NCBI GenBank assembly: GCA_964016885.1
Contig: OZ024741.1
Span: 180,420,001-180,484,000, forward strand
Length of the DNA stretch: 64,000 bases
From: Eledone cirrhosa
Lineage: Eukaryota
Direction of reading: 5' to 3'
Shown: positions 31,209 to 43,685 of the stretch, in pieces
Layout: each line of letters opens with the position of its first letter
Position numbering within the stretch: position 1 is the first letter of the stretch
Notes under the pieces: model-generated
Database searches by the model: none
Seen by the model: only the letters and a program-made list of their open reading frames with translations
Told to the model about the DNA's origin: nothing
Translations under genes and position numbers: made by a program

Positions 31209-31589
31209 GTAAGTGGAACTTCTTTCTCTCTTTCATTATGTTATGTTGTTTTTATTTTGTTGTTTTTGTTTTGTTGCTGTTTTCTTATCTTGTTTTTTAT
31301 TTTTTTGTTTTATTCCTATCTCACTCATCACACTCTCAATGTTATTTTTTGCTCTTACCCCCTGACAATATGTCCAATGTATGTATGTGTGTATGTGTGT
31401 GTATTAGTAGTGGTGGTGGTGGCACTAGTAGTAGTAGTAGTAATTTAGCTGCAGTTGAAGCAGCAGTAGGAGTGGTTGTATTAGAGGTGGTGTATTGTAT
31501 AGTGAGTGTATGTGTGAAGTAGATAGTGTTTACAATAGCTTATGTGTAAGGTTATAAGTGTGTGGAGTGGATAATCCTGAGAATATTGT

Positions 31590-31790
31590 GTATTTGTGAA
31601 TAGGAACAATGTTGACAATACTGTATGTGTGTGTATGAATAGTATTGACAGCACTGTATATGTGTGTATGGATAGTGTTGATAGTACTGTATGTGTGTGT
31701 TTAGCTAGTGTTGACATTACTGCATGTGTGTGTATGCGAAATGGATAGTTTTGACAACTGTGTATGCAAAATGAATAGTTTTGACAATGT
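31590..31790. repeat. Degenerate ~32-bp minisatellite (gtgtgtatggatagtgttgacagtactgtat)
   Basis: Five to six imperfect copies. Confidence 0.7.
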
Positions 31791-31814
31791 TGTTTAACAT
31801 CATGTCATCACTGA

Positions 31815-32430
31815 TAGAATGTCTGGTTGTGACCATGCCATGTTTATAGGTGGTACCAATGACATTGGTCACAACCTGAGGCTTGGCCTCCTGATCTACG
31901 AGCCACACAAATGTTGCTGCGGATCCACCATGGACTCTTTCGGCCTCCACCTGTTTTCCTGTCGCTACAGTGCTGGCCACCTTCCACACCATGCCACCCT
32001 CAACAAAGTCATAAAGCATGGCTTGGATGCTGCAGGCTTCCCCTCCCAGCTCAAACCAGTCGGACTGGACTGAGGGGACGGCAAAAGGCCAGGTGGTATG
32101 ACCATCTTCTCATTCTGCAGTGGTAAAACCCCTCATCTGGGATGCCACTTGCAGCAACACATTCTCCAGCATAAACCTGGTGCAGTCTGCAACTAACCCA
32201 GGTTCTGCTGCACTTCGGGCTGAGGAGGGCAAACTCTCCAAGTATCAGTTGCTCTCCAACAAGTTTGCTATTGAGCCCCTAGCAGTGGAGACTTCTGGTG
32301 CCCTTGGCCCTAGGGCTACCTCCCTATTTACCACCATAGGCACTGAGCTGGCTAGCCACAGGTGTGAGCCTCGTGAGATGAAATGGCTCTTACTATCCTC
32401 CGGGGAAATGCCTTTTCCATTCTGACCACT
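31815..32430 (+). mobile_element. CRE-like RLE non-LTR 3' fragment (zinc knuckle + restriction-like endonuclease)
   Basis: LRLG...CCCG...GLHLFSC...HATLN...DGKRP...LIWDATC...K..KY...PLAVETSG, with a stop and a frameshift. Confidence 0.85.
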
Positions 32431-32569
32431 GGGGCTGTGTGGCGTCCAGCATGTAGGACCTCATTTGCTCGTAATACAGAGAGATGGAGGCGATGACAGT
32501 GGGAGTATGGCTCTTCTGTATTCGGACCTGGTGTGCAGGGTCAGTTGACCATAGGGAAGTAGTGATTCA

Positions 32570-32860
32570 TAGCTGGATGCCCTTCCTAACACCAACCTCA
32601 TTTACAGTGAGTGCTGGGTGCTTTTATTCCGTGGCGCCTACACGTCCACTTTACAGTGTGGGATGGGTGCTTTTTTGCCGTGGCACCTCGACGACCACTT
32701 TGCAGTGGAATGATAGGGAACCCAGTCCCTATCATCTCATTTCTACAGCTGAGTGAACTGGAGCAATGTGAAATAAAGTGTCTTGCTCAAGGAAAGAACA
32801 CATCACCCAGTCTGAGAATTGAACAAGGCCAATGCTCTAACCACTAAGCCATGTGCCTCC
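32570..32860 (-). mobile_element. tRNA/CORE SINE with RTE-B tail, partial
   Basis: Similar to 25412-25804. Confidence 0.85.
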
Positions 32861-33278
32861 ATATATATATATATATATAAGTATTATATTGTATTGAAGT
32901 TTCTAACCTGGCTCTTAACAGGTTCTCTATGTAATCGCAACAACAGCACAACTACATCAAAGCCAGAACAAATACCACAAAGCAATAACTGCCTGAAAAT
33001 TAAATACCATAATATATCACTAGAGCAACCTTAAAAGTAATATATTACGGTCTAGATAATCTAGTAATATTAGCCGGCTTCGACTTCTTGTAATTTTTCT
33101 TTTGCTTATATCTTTCTGTTCATGACAACAAAATTTACTATAGGCGTAGTAAAATAAAAAGCCAACACAGCTTTGTAGCTGTGTCGCAACTCATTTTTCC
33201 AGCTGAATGGAGTGGAGCAATGTGAAATAAAATATCTTGCTGGAAGACACATTGCACCACCCAGTTTAAGAATTGATC

Positions 33279-33790
33279 TATAACGGAATACTCCTATGTT
33301 TTACCAGCGAAGATTCGAAACCGAATCTGAGGTTTCTCGCCTCTGGGACTAACCATTATTGGAAAGTTCCTACCATTGTCCTGTCAAGACACCGATGATA
33401 AACGTACATTCCACTCGACCTGTGACCCCAGCTTCTTGGGAGACGATATCCTTCTAACTATAAATACAAGGAGTTAAGGAGCCCAACAGACAGACTTGAA
33501 GCAGCAGTCAGCGAGTGATAACGATGTCAGCATCAGTAGACCTTTTACCCTTTCTCTCTTCTGGCCCTTACTGGTTGTCACCTTCTCGGCCACCGACAGA
33601 GGCAGCCAGACATGCCTGCCTGACAGATTGACCACCACTACTACTACGACAATAATGTATTCTAAGAGTAGGCGCACACACACATAGTAAGTTCATATTG
33701 TTTACATTCTATTCTACCTGTCATATTGTATCTGTAAGGCACAACACAACTTTTACTAACTCGTATTCTCTGATATATATATCTGCTACA
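33279..33790 (+). mobile_element. Solo LTR (512 bp) inserted in an old SINE, 4-bp TSD GATC
   Basis: Termini tataac...gctaca (TG..CA with one change), gatc on both sides, internal ctataaata; SINE sequence resumes after it. Strand tentative. Confidence 0.75.
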
Positions 33791-33984
33791 GATCTCATGT
33801 CCTTATGACTGTGAACCAAGCACATTAACCACCTGCTACATGACTAAATGTTCTAATACGCATGGAGAGAAATTTACTTTGAGTAAGTTTCAAGCACCAG
33901 GCTGGTTTCTGGTGCGCAATATCTCATCTTATGGGCAGATAGGTACTCTTTAGTGTTGGTTGACTTACTATCTCATACAATAGC

Positions 33985-34300
33985 CTCAGATGTGCTATGC
34001 AAGAGCCTTGACGGATGTTACATGAGGATGTTGAGAATGGCTCTCAACATTTCTTGGAAACCGAAGCTGACAAATAAGGAACTATACAGATCACTACCAC
34101 CAGTCTCAAAAAAAGTTGCCTGCAGACGAATGAAACTGGCTGGGCACTGCATCCGTCATCCAGAAGAGATAGCATCACAACTTGTGCTCTGGAAACTGGC
34201 GGTCGGACAAAGAAACTGCTGAGAAATGTCATGCTTGACCGGGATGATTGGAGAGGGCATGCTGAATCTTTGCGAATGTAAACTCGGCTGTAGTAGTAGA
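33985..34300 (+). mobile_element. RTE-X-like 3' fragment
   Basis: SLDGCYMRMLRMALNISW...RRMKLAGHCIRH...LVLW; (gta)n tail. Confidence 0.8.
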
Positions 34301-34951
34301 TGTCTTTTTCTAACATTTTCATGGCTTACATTGCACCAACTTGGTGTTAGTGGCAAAACCAAAATATGCAAATAGTTCTACACAAACCTCTCACCTGTAT
34401 AAATAAATTATTGTGTGGGTGGGCTCAATGGTTCAATTTGTACTAAAATCTAAATTAGTTTTGATATCTCATTATAGACACAACCATTGGGTAATTGACT
34501 CATTTTTTGGAACTTCATGTATTAAGATTGACAAGAAAGTCTATCATATTATCCAATGTATCCTAGCTTTCCTAAAAAAAAATAGAGAAAAGGATTTGAA
34601 GAAGCAGTAAACAGAGACACATAATACCGGCTACCATTCTAGAAGCCATGTAACAAGTTTTGCTGATGCATATCACATACTCTTATTAACCAGACAGCAT
34701 CGATCGAGATCTTGTTGCTTTTGTTAGTTTGATATGCTCGACGACTCAAGTGGTACTGGCATGCATAACAGAGATAAAACCAATCAAAAACATTACTAGT
34801 TGTAAACATCCTGGTTTTATTCTTCTCTGTTATATTTTTATTTACAACTTAAACGATCTAATATCAAATGACGTAAAAAAACTGGGTTTTTGATGTCTAT
34901 ATTTATCTATACCAATTCATCATAAATTTTTGTATTTTCCAAACACTCACA

Positions 34952-37900
34952 TATCATCATCATCATGGTTTAGTGTCCGTGTTCCACGCTTGCATGGGTT
35001 TGGACGAGGGTTTTCCCACTTGAGGCAAGAGTGGTTGCCTTGCTCGCATAGGACTGTCTGGCGGGTTTTCTACAGCTGGATGCCCTTCCTAACACCAACT
35101 ACATTTACAGTGTGGGACTGGGAGGTTTTTACCGTGTTGCCTACACGGCCACATTACAGCGTGGACTGTCTGGCCAGTTTTCTACAGCTGGATGCCCTTC
35201 CTAACACCAACCACATTTACAGTGTGGGGCTGGGAGGTTTTTACCGTGTTGCCTACACGGCCACATTTACAGCGTGGACTGTTTCTTTTTTTGTCGTGAC
35301 ACCTACACGATCTCATTTGTTTCCGCCTGGATGTTGTGGCACCAACATAACTTTACATTGAAAGGGGCGGTGTGGATGGGGTGGGGGTGGTGGGACGGGG
35401 GTGTGTTTTGATAGAGATGCCTACTTACTGTAGTAGGTTTTACTTTGTATTTAGGTAAGGCGGGTCTTCTCTATTACTGAGTACTGCCAAAGGTCTCGGT
35501 CCAGTGACATTGTCTTGGAGAGGTGTAAGCGTGTGAGGTCGGAATTTATCATGTCATCCCAGGTTTTTCTGGGTCTGCCTACTCCGTGGCTACCGTCTAT
35601 CTTTATTGCCCTGCACTTTGTTATACAGCTGTCGTCTTTCATGCGCATCACGTGACCATACCAACGTAGCCTTCTCTCGAGTAAACAACATCTGATCCCT
35701 CTTATTTCTAATTTTTTCCTTAGTTCGTTTATGCTTTGCCGTTCGCATATATTACTATTACACATCCAGCGGAGCATGCAAGCTTCGTTCCTCTCTAGTC
35801 TGCGTATATCCTCTGCACACAATGCCCAGGTCTCACTGCCATGCAGCATTGCTGTTCCTATGCAGGCATCGTATAACCTGCCTTTCATTTTTAGGGAGAA
35901 CCCTTTAGTGGCTAATAGTGGTATAAGCTCTCTGAACTTTTTCCATTCAGTTCTGACTCTAGCTACTGTACTTTCAGAGCACCCTCCCCCACTGCTGATT
36001 TTGTCACCCAGGTAACGGAAGCTGTCCACTATTTCTATAGAACCCTCTGCGCAATTGAAAGAGCTAGTATTTTGGGAGCACTTGCTGCTACTTATTGCAC
36101 CAGAGCACCGGCCACATGTAAAATCTATGTTCTTAGTTAGCTTACCTGTGATCCCACTACATCTTTTATGCACCCATACTTTGCATTTGGGACATAAAAT
36201 GGAGTTTCTACCTACGCCTTTCCTACACACTGAGCATGGCCATTTCCCGGAAGGGACTGCCGCTTTATTTTCTTTCCTACAAACTAGAACTTTAGTCTTA
36301 GCCAGGTTAATTTTAAGGCCTTTTGATTCTAGGCCGTGCTTCCATGTTTGGAATTTCTTCTCTAGTTCGGTCATTGATTCAGCTATGAGCGTTAGATCAT
36401 CTGCGTATAGGAGTTCCCATGGGCAGCCGGTCTTGAACTCCTCTGTTATAGCCTGAAGGGCAATAATAAATAGTAGGGGGCTAAGAACAGAGCCCTGATG
36501 GACACCAACTTTTACGCTAAACTCTTCACTATATTCGTTGTTAATTCTAACCTTGCTGACTGTTTCTTTATACATGGCTTGTATAGCTCTCACAAGCCAT
36601 TCGTCAACACCTAGTTTTCTAAGAGCCCACCAGATAATGGAACGGAGGACTCTGTCGAAGGCTTTCTCCAAGTCAACAAAAGCTAAGTATAGGGGTTTAC
36701 TTTTAGCTAGGTACTTCTCCTGTAGTTGTCGTACAATGAAAAGAGCGTCTGTGGTACTTTTGCCTGACACAAACCCGAACTGCATTTCATCTAGATCAAT
36801 TCTCTCTCTGATTAGTTGCGCTATTACTTTTTCCGTGACCTTCATGACCTGGTCGATTAATTTAATGCCTCTATAGTTACACCTATCTAGGGCATCTCCT
36901 TTACCCTTGTAACAGTTAATGATGATGCTGCTATGCCAGTCCTTCGGAACAACCCCATTCTGTATGACTTGGTTTACTATCCGGGTGACCATGGTGTGTC
37001 CCACCGTTCCAGAGGCTTTCAGCATCTCAGCAACTATTTCCGAAGGCCCAGCCGCCTTACCTGTCTTCATATCTTTGATTGCCTTACTTATTATACTACC
37101 TTCGACTAACACTGCTGGTCCCTCTATTGGGTCGATGTGGGGGAGACTGTCTTTCTCCCATTTGTTCTCCTCATTTAGAAGCCTTTCGTAGTGACACTTC
37201 CAAGCTACCTTCTTATCAGCGTCAGTGATGGCAAGTATGCCATCATCATTAAGTACACACTTCTCCCCGACAATATCACGGTTTTCCTTGACACATTGCC
37301 TAGCAATCCTGAACACCTCACGTTTTTGGTCCTCACGTTGTAGAACATGCTTGAACTTTCTTTCCTCTTCTTCCCTTCTTGCGAAGTACACTTGTCTCCT
37401 AGCTTCCCTCCTGGCCACTTGAAAGTCTTCTCTACTTCCCCCATCCCGCCATACTTTCCAAGCCTGCTTTTTGGCCTTAATTGACTCCTCCACCTTACTG
37501 TTCCACCACCATGTTACTCTCCTCCTACCTACAGGCCTGCTCCAGCCACAGACTTCGTCTGCCGCCATCAGCAGGTTTGCTTTCAGGAATTCCCACTGTT
37601 CCTCTATATTATACGACTCTAATTGCTCTTCCTTACTGTCGAAAGCATCAAGTAATATGCTTTGAAATTTATTTCTGGCTATGGGGTCCTTTAGCTTCCA
37701 TATTTTTCTCCTGAGGATAGTCCTCTTCTGCTGTCTAGTACGTCTCGTCCTGACTATGAGGTCGCTAATTATCAGTCTATGTTGGGAGGTGCATTCTTCA
37801 TGGGGGAGGGATTTAGTGTTAACAACAGACACTCTGTCACGTCTTCTGGTAAGGATATAATCTACCTGGCTTGTGTGTTCCCCCAATCTATAGGTGATCA

Positions 37901-38436
37901 AGTGATTGTCTCGTTTTTTGAAGTTAGTGTTACAGATAGTTAGGTTATTTGCGTCACAGAATTCCAGGATTCTGGAGCCTTCCTCATTTCTAGTACCGAA
38001 CCCATAGCCTCCATGGATTCCGTCATAGCCGTCACAATGTTGTTCAACGTGACCATTTAGGTCGCCTGCAATAATTATATAGTCACTGTCGGTTATTTGG
38101 GAGGTAGCGAGCATCAGTGTCTCATAGAATCTGTCTTTTATAGCGCCGGGCAGTCCGGATTGGGGTGCGTACGCAGATATTACTGTCACCGTAGTTCTAT
38201 TGAGGACAAGTCTTATTTTAATTATTCTGTCGTTCACTCTATTTACGTCTATTATCTTATCTGCCCACTTTTCTGCTACCATGATTCCTACTCCACCCAG
38301 CCCATTGTCATTTCCCACCCAGAAAAGCTTATAGCATCGTTCTTTACCCACGATGAATCTAGCAGACCCTCCCCTCCACCTGGTCTCTTGAATACAACAA
38401 ACATCGACCTCCTTACGTTCAAGCATTTCTACAACC
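34952..38436 (-). mobile_element. RTE LINE family A, slightly 5'-truncated young copy
   Basis: Uninterrupted ORF, 3' UTR with 2x 112-bp repeat, (GAT)n tail. Confidence 0.98.
35451..38426 (-). CDS. RTE ORF, 991 aa: APE endonuclease + RT + PHD-like Cys-rich insert
   Basis: CIQETRW, SAYAPQ, GDLNGHV, QVDYIL, SQHR, FVDLEKAFDR, LYADD, CSVC...CPKC..WVHKRC...CGRC. Confidence 0.97.
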   Translation of the reverse strand: MLERKEVDVCCIQETRWRGGSARFIVGKERCYKLFWVGNDNGLGGVGIMVAEKWADKIIDVNRVNDRIIKIRLVLNRTTVTVISAYAPQSGLPGAIKDRFYETLMLATSQITDSDYIIIAGDLNGHVEQHCDGYDGIHGGYGFGTRNEEGSRILEFCDANNLTICNTNFKKRDNHLITYRLGEHTSQVDYILTRRRDRVSVVNTKSLPHEECTSQHRLIISDLIVRTRRTRQQKRTILRRKIWKLKDPIARNKFQSILLDAFDSKEEQLESYNIEEQWEFLKANLLMAADEVCGWSRPVGRRRVTWWWNSKVEESIKAKKQAWKVWRDGGSREDFQVARREARRQVYFARREEEERKFKHVLQREDQKREVFRIARQCVKENRDIVGEKCVLNDDGILAITDADKKVAWKCHYERLLNEENKWEKDSLPHIDPIEGPAVLVEGSIISKAIKDMKTGKAAGPSEIVAEMLKASGTVGHTMVTRIVNQVIQNGVVPKDWHSSIIINCYKGKGDALDRCNYRGIKLIDQVMKVTEKVIAQLIRERIDLDEMQFGFVSGKSTTDALFIVRQLQEKYLAKSKPLYLAFVDLEKAFDRVLRSIIWWALRKLGVDEWLVRAIQAMYKETVSKVRINNEYSEEFSVKVGVHQGSVLSPLLFIIALQAITEEFKTGCPWELLYADDLTLIAESMTELEKKFQTWKHGLESKGLKINLAKTKVLVCRKENKAAVPSGKWPCSVCRKGVGRNSILCPKCKVWVHKRCSGITGKLTKNIDFTCGRCSGAISSSKCSQNTSSFNCAEGSIEIVDSFRYLGDKISSGGGCSESTVARVRTEWKKFRELIPLLATKGFSLKMKGRLYDACIGTAMLHGSETWALCAEDIRRLERNEACMLRWMCNSNICERQSINELRKKLEIRGIRCCLLERRLRWYGHVMRMKDDSCITKCRAIKIDGSHGVGRPRKTWDDMINSDLTRLHLSKTMSLDRDLWQYSVIEKTRLT

Positions 38437-38710
38437 TCGTTAAAAAGTCAGCTCGAAAGTAGCAGAGGAGACTGAGGTTAGCTGGACATGTTCACCAATA
38501 TTCAGAGTTGATACTGCACTCAGTGCTCCTGTGAGAGCCCCTGCACAGACATACTAGAAGAGGGAGACCGAGGTTGACATATGTTGATGCCCTAAGGACA
38601 GACACTGGTCTCTTGGAGATGCAGGACATGGCAGTGAGGATGAGAGACAAACCGCTGGAGAGAACTCGTCCATGGATCTCTGGAATTTTACCCGCTCTAG
38701 ATAGATAGAT
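38437..38710 (+). mobile_element. RTE-X-like 3' fragment with (TAGA)n tail
   Basis: RRLRLAGHV...VLL.EP...RGRPRLTYVDAL..DTG remnant. Confidence 0.7.
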
Positions 38711-38716
38711 ATATAT

Positions 38717-38782
38717 ACACACATACACACATACACACACACACACACCACACCACACACACACCACACCACACCACACACA

Positions 38783-38840
<58 letters not shown>
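38717..38840. repeat. (CA)n microsatellite
   Basis: Seen directly. Confidence 0.97.
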
Positions 38841-38842
<2 letters not shown>

Positions 38843-39702
38843 CATCATCATCATCGTTTAACGTCCATCTTCCACGCTAGCATGGGTTGGATGGGTTTGT
38901 CCCACTTGAGGCAACATTGGTCGGGTGACCATGTCTCGCTTGTATAGAACTGTTTCTAGCAGGTTTTCTACAGCTGGATGCCCTTCCTAATGCCAACCAC
39001 ATTTACAGTGTGAACTGGGGGCCTTTTTACCGTGTCCCCTACCCGACCACTTTACAGTGTTGACTGGGTGCTTTTTGTCATGTAACCTACATGACCACTT
39101 TACAGTGTGGGTTGGATGTTCTGTGGTACCAACATAACTTTACAGAGGAAGGGTGGTGTGGATGGAAGTGGGAGGATGGAGTAGGGGTGTGGGGAAGGGT
39201 GTATATTGGGTTAAGAAGTACCTACTGACTGCAGGTTTAAGCTCGTATGTAAGGGATAACTTACTTCTGTATAACTGTGTAGCACTAAAGATCACAATCC
39301 AGTGACATTGTCTTAGAGAGGTGTAAGTGAGCAAGGTCAGTTTTTATCACCTCATCCCAGGTTTTTCTTGGTCTACCTACTGCGAAGCTTCCATAAATTT
39401 TGATCGCCCTGCACTCTTTTATACAGCTGTTGCCCTTCATACGCATCACATGTCCATACCAATGCAATCTCCTCTCCTGCACACATTTGATACCTCTTAT
39501 GCTTAGCCTCACTCTCAATTCATTTATGCTTTGCCTTTCACATACATTACTATTGCACATCCATCGGAGCGTGCAAGCTTTGTTTCTTTCTAATCTACAC
39601 AAGTCTTTTGCACACAACACCCAGGTCTCACTACCATGTAACATTGCTGTTCGTAGACAAGCATCATACAATCTGCCTTTCATTTTTAGAGAGAAACCCT
39701 TT
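38841..39702 (-). mobile_element. RTE 3' fragment, older subfamily
   Basis: [15 protein letters not shown]...LHWYGHV; UTR and tail present. Confidence 0.9.
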
Positions 39703-40036
39703 GGAATGAATCTCTGTTGGGTTTCGATGATGAGTATTTCAGTTGTTCCATCAACAGACAGTCTACTCATGAAATAAAAATGCAAGTGCCTGAGCATTCC
39801 ATAGATGCATGAACCCTTAATGTAATTCTCAGAATGACTCAGTAAGAAGGTTGGACTTTGAATTACAGTTACAGTTCATCCGATGAGCTTCCAAACAGTT
39901 TCTGTCTACCCAATTTCATTGAAAAGGCATGGGGCAAGCCTAGGCTATAGTAAATCACACTTGTCCAAAATGCCATGCAATGCAAAGTCAACTCCTAAAC
40001 TATTTGATCAAGCTGCATCCCCAATCCATATATTAC

Positions 40037-40700
40037 CATCATCATCACCGTCTAATGTCCATTCTTCCACGTTAGCATGAGTTAGATGGGTTGTCCTGTG
40101 TGAAGCAAGTTGGGTCAGATGGCCATGTCTTGCTCAGACAGAACTGTTTCTGGCTAGGTTTCTATGGACTAGATACCCTTCCTAATGCCAACCACATTTA
40201 CAGTGTGTGCTAGGTGCTTTTTGTTGTGACTCCTACATGAACACTTTACAATGTGGACTGGGTGCTTTTTTTTGCTGTGTTGCCATCACAACTACTTTAC
40301 AGTGTGAGCTGGGTGCTTTTTGTCATGTTGCCATCACAACCACTTTGCAGTATGGGCTGGAGGCTTCACTGGATGTATGCTATAGCCTGTCCTCATGAGA
40401 GATGTATAAGAGAGTGGTGCATACTATATATAAATATATATATATATATATATGCTTCAGCTTCAACTGTGCCCATGGGAAGGCAGGTCTTCTGTATTAC
40501 TGCATAACGCCAGAGATCCTGATCCTGTGTCATTGTCTTTGAGAGGTGCAATTGAGCAAGGTCAGCTTTTATCACCTCATCCCAACTCTCCCCACTCCAA
40601 GGCTTCCATCTACTTTGAGTGCTCTGCACCTTTTTATATTGCCGCCATCTTTCATACACATCATATGTCCATACTAATGCAGTCTCATCTCCTGCATACT
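40037..40700 (-). mobile_element. Degraded RTE 3' fragment
   Basis: WDEVIKADLAQLHLSKTM; UTR motifs. Confidence 0.85.
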
Positions 40701-40717
40701 ACATATTATATATATAT

Positions 40718-41081
40718 AGTATATCCCCCGCATTTGTAGTCCCAGCATTCGCAGTCTCAGTTATTCAGGAAATTTAGAAATTTTAATAATTGTTTGTGCA
40801 AACCACCGCATATTCATGGAATCGTAAATATCTTCTGCGATTTTTTAATGGGTTTTTTCGTGGCAATATATATATATTTTTTAACACTAAATTATTAATA
40901 ACAATATACCGTATTTGCCAGCCTATTGGATGCCCTTTTGCTTAAGCTGCTCCCTCTTATTTTATCATATTTTCCGTTATATTTTTATGTTTATAGGCAT
41001 TTTTCTGGACCACGTCCTTTGCAGTTTTTCACTCTTCGCAGGTGCTCTAGGAACATAGCCTCCACGAATACTGGGGGACAA

Positions 41082-41086
<5 letters not shown>
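40718..41086. mobile_element. Tigger/pogo-like MITE
   Basis: Imperfect TIRs tagtatatcccccgcatttg / cgaatactgggggacaactg in TA context. Confidence 0.55.
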
Positions 41087-41133
<47 letters not shown>

Positions 41134-41164
41134 CATACACACATATATACATACATAGAAAAAA

Positions 41165-41466
41165 ACCCATTTTGGTCATGTTTTGCATTTAGAAAGTTCC
41201 CTTCCATGGCACAAGCCTGGGCAAAGTGTTTTTGTGGAAGCAGTTGCCCATGCATACCTGCTTTCACTTCCCATGTCACCAATGTTGCCCAAGGGAAAGG
41301 CAAAGGCCGATACAACTTGACACCAGTGACGTTACAGCACATTTCTACAGCTGATAGAAATAAAGAGTCTTGCTCAAAGAAACAACACATTGCCTGATCT
41401 GGGAATCAAACTCATAACCTACAATTGTGAATCCAACTCTCTTACCATCAAGCCACACACCTTCAC
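41165..41466 (-). mobile_element. tRNA/CORE-type SINE, family related to ~27900-28160
   Basis: Head gaaggtgtgtggcttgatggtaagag...gagtttgattccc; shared body cagttgcccatgcatac. Confidence 0.75.
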
Positions 41467-41960
41467 TACATACACAAACATGCATGCATGCACTTGCATA
41501 TATATACACCAATAAATGTACCAAGTACACGCTTTAAAGTGGTTGGTGTTAGGAAGGGCATCCAACCTTAGAAAGCTTGCCTCACAAAGGGCTGTGAAGA
41601 CCCTTCAGTTGTGTCAAGGACATGACAACCTCCCTAGTGCTGGTGATCTACACAATAAAAGCGCCCATCACATGCTGTTAGGAAGGGCATCCAGCTGTAG
41701 AAAGCTTGCCAAACAAGGAGTTGGGAGGACCCTTCAGTTGGTGTCAAAAGGTAGTTGTATCAGAATAAAACACACCTCGTACATACTATGAAATGGTTGG
41801 TGTTAGGAAAAAAATTCCAGCTGTATGCCAGAATGGAATGTATAGGTGAGACGCTTCATCTGACCTGCCTCGCGTCAGTATGTGACATCTCGTTTAACCC
41901 ATGCAAGCATGGAATCATGGAATGTAGATATAAAATGGGGATGATTATGATTATATATAT

Positions 41961-42310
41961 GGAGGCCTATGGCTTAGTGGTTAGAGCATTGGCCTTGCAA
42001 TCGAAAGGTTGTGAGTTCAATTCTCAGACCGGGTGATGTGTTGTTTCCTTGAGCAAGACACTTTATTTCACATTGCTCCAGTTTACTCAGCTGTAGAAAT
42101 GAGATGATAGGGACTGGGGTCCCTATCATTCCACTGCAAAGTGGTCGTGCAGGTGCCACGGCAAAAAAGCACCCAGCACTCACTGTAAATGAGGTTGGTG
42201 TTAGGAAGGGCATCCAGTGTAGAAATCAAACCAGAATCAGTTCCCGTCACACCCTTGCAGGCAGGGAAAAAGCGGACGTAAAATGAAATGATGATGATGA
42301 TGATGATGAT
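41961..42310 (+). mobile_element. tRNA/CORE SINE with RTE-B tail
   Basis: tggcttagtggttagagc, gttcaattctc, CORE-like segment, (gat)n tail. Confidence 0.9.
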
Positions 42311-42884
42311 ATATACATATATATATATATATGATAAAGTATGTCCATAGAATCATTCGATAAGATATATACACCATTTCCTCTCCCAATTAGCATAATC
42401 AACCACACAAAAAAACCAATTAAACCAGGCTAGAAGATTAAAAGGCACCTATGAAGAAATAGTAGATAAATAAACGACAGCCATCTATCCGCGATCAACA
42501 GCCATAGAATATTTACCCAACATTTCTAATAGCACGTGGAAATCGATTAAATATACCGTCAACCATACAGATTTAGGTATAAAATTAAAGTTAGAAGAAA
42601 AAATGCATATACACATACTAGGATTACGTTTCTACCCTTAGGGTATATATATATATTGCAAGCAGGGAAAAGTGGACGTAAAATGATGATGATGATATAT
42701 ATATATATATACACACACATACATACATACATATATATGTACATACGTGAGTATGCATAAATACACACACACATATATATATGTATATGTGCGTGTATTT
42801 ATACATACTCACATATGTAAAACCCATGCAAGCGTGGAAGATGGACGTTAAACGATGATGATGATGATGATGATACATACTCAC

Positions 42885-42929
<45 letters not shown>

Positions 42930-43377
42930 CATGCACACATATGTATATATATATATACATATACACATATGCCTATACATATATGTATATATACATAGAC
43001 ACAAATGTATATACATATATGTATATATACATACACACACATATGTGTATATCTTATCTATATACATAAATGTCAATTTCTGTCTGTTTGTTTGTTTGTT
43101 TGTGAACCTCAAACTCAAAAACTACCAAAACGGATCTTCATGAAACTTGACACGTGTGTGGTGCTCATACCCATTTGATTTCTTCGTATATTTCATTTTA
43201 ATGAAAGAGTTCCTGGGAGCTCACCCCCCCCCCCCCCCCCCCCCCCCCGCGAAAATGTTCTCCCTTCGATTTATATGAAATTTAAACCATAGGTAAATGA
43301 CAAAATTTCACAAAATTCACCAAATTTCAGCAAATTTCAATAATATTAAGACACTCTAATGGAGGTTAAACCCCCAG

Positions 43378-43630
43378 ACATACAGACATATATTATAAGG
43401 ATGCAACGTTATATCTATGTATCTATCTAAAAAGAAAGACTAAGAATTATAGAGAGAGATCGCTAAATCGCCTAATGCGGACCCTAGGGCATTGAAAATG
43501 TGAAATTTCTTTTTCTCAAAACACTCACAGGACCATAAGTATTACATGTGTAAAGTTTGAAAACAATCGGTTGGGTATTTCTCGAATTTTAGTGAGCTGA
43601 CAGACAGACAGACATTCTCTGTTTTATATA
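43378..43630 (-). mobile_element. Dispersed repeat (second copy 52630-52885), possibly the 5' end of a non-autonomous Helitron-like element
   Basis: Two highly similar ~250-bp copies; terminus tatataaaacagagaatgtctgtctgtc. Class assignment is weak. Confidence 0.5.
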
Positions 43631-43685
43631 TATATATATATATATATATGTAGATAAATCTACCAAGAGTTTACGGTAGTGTTAT

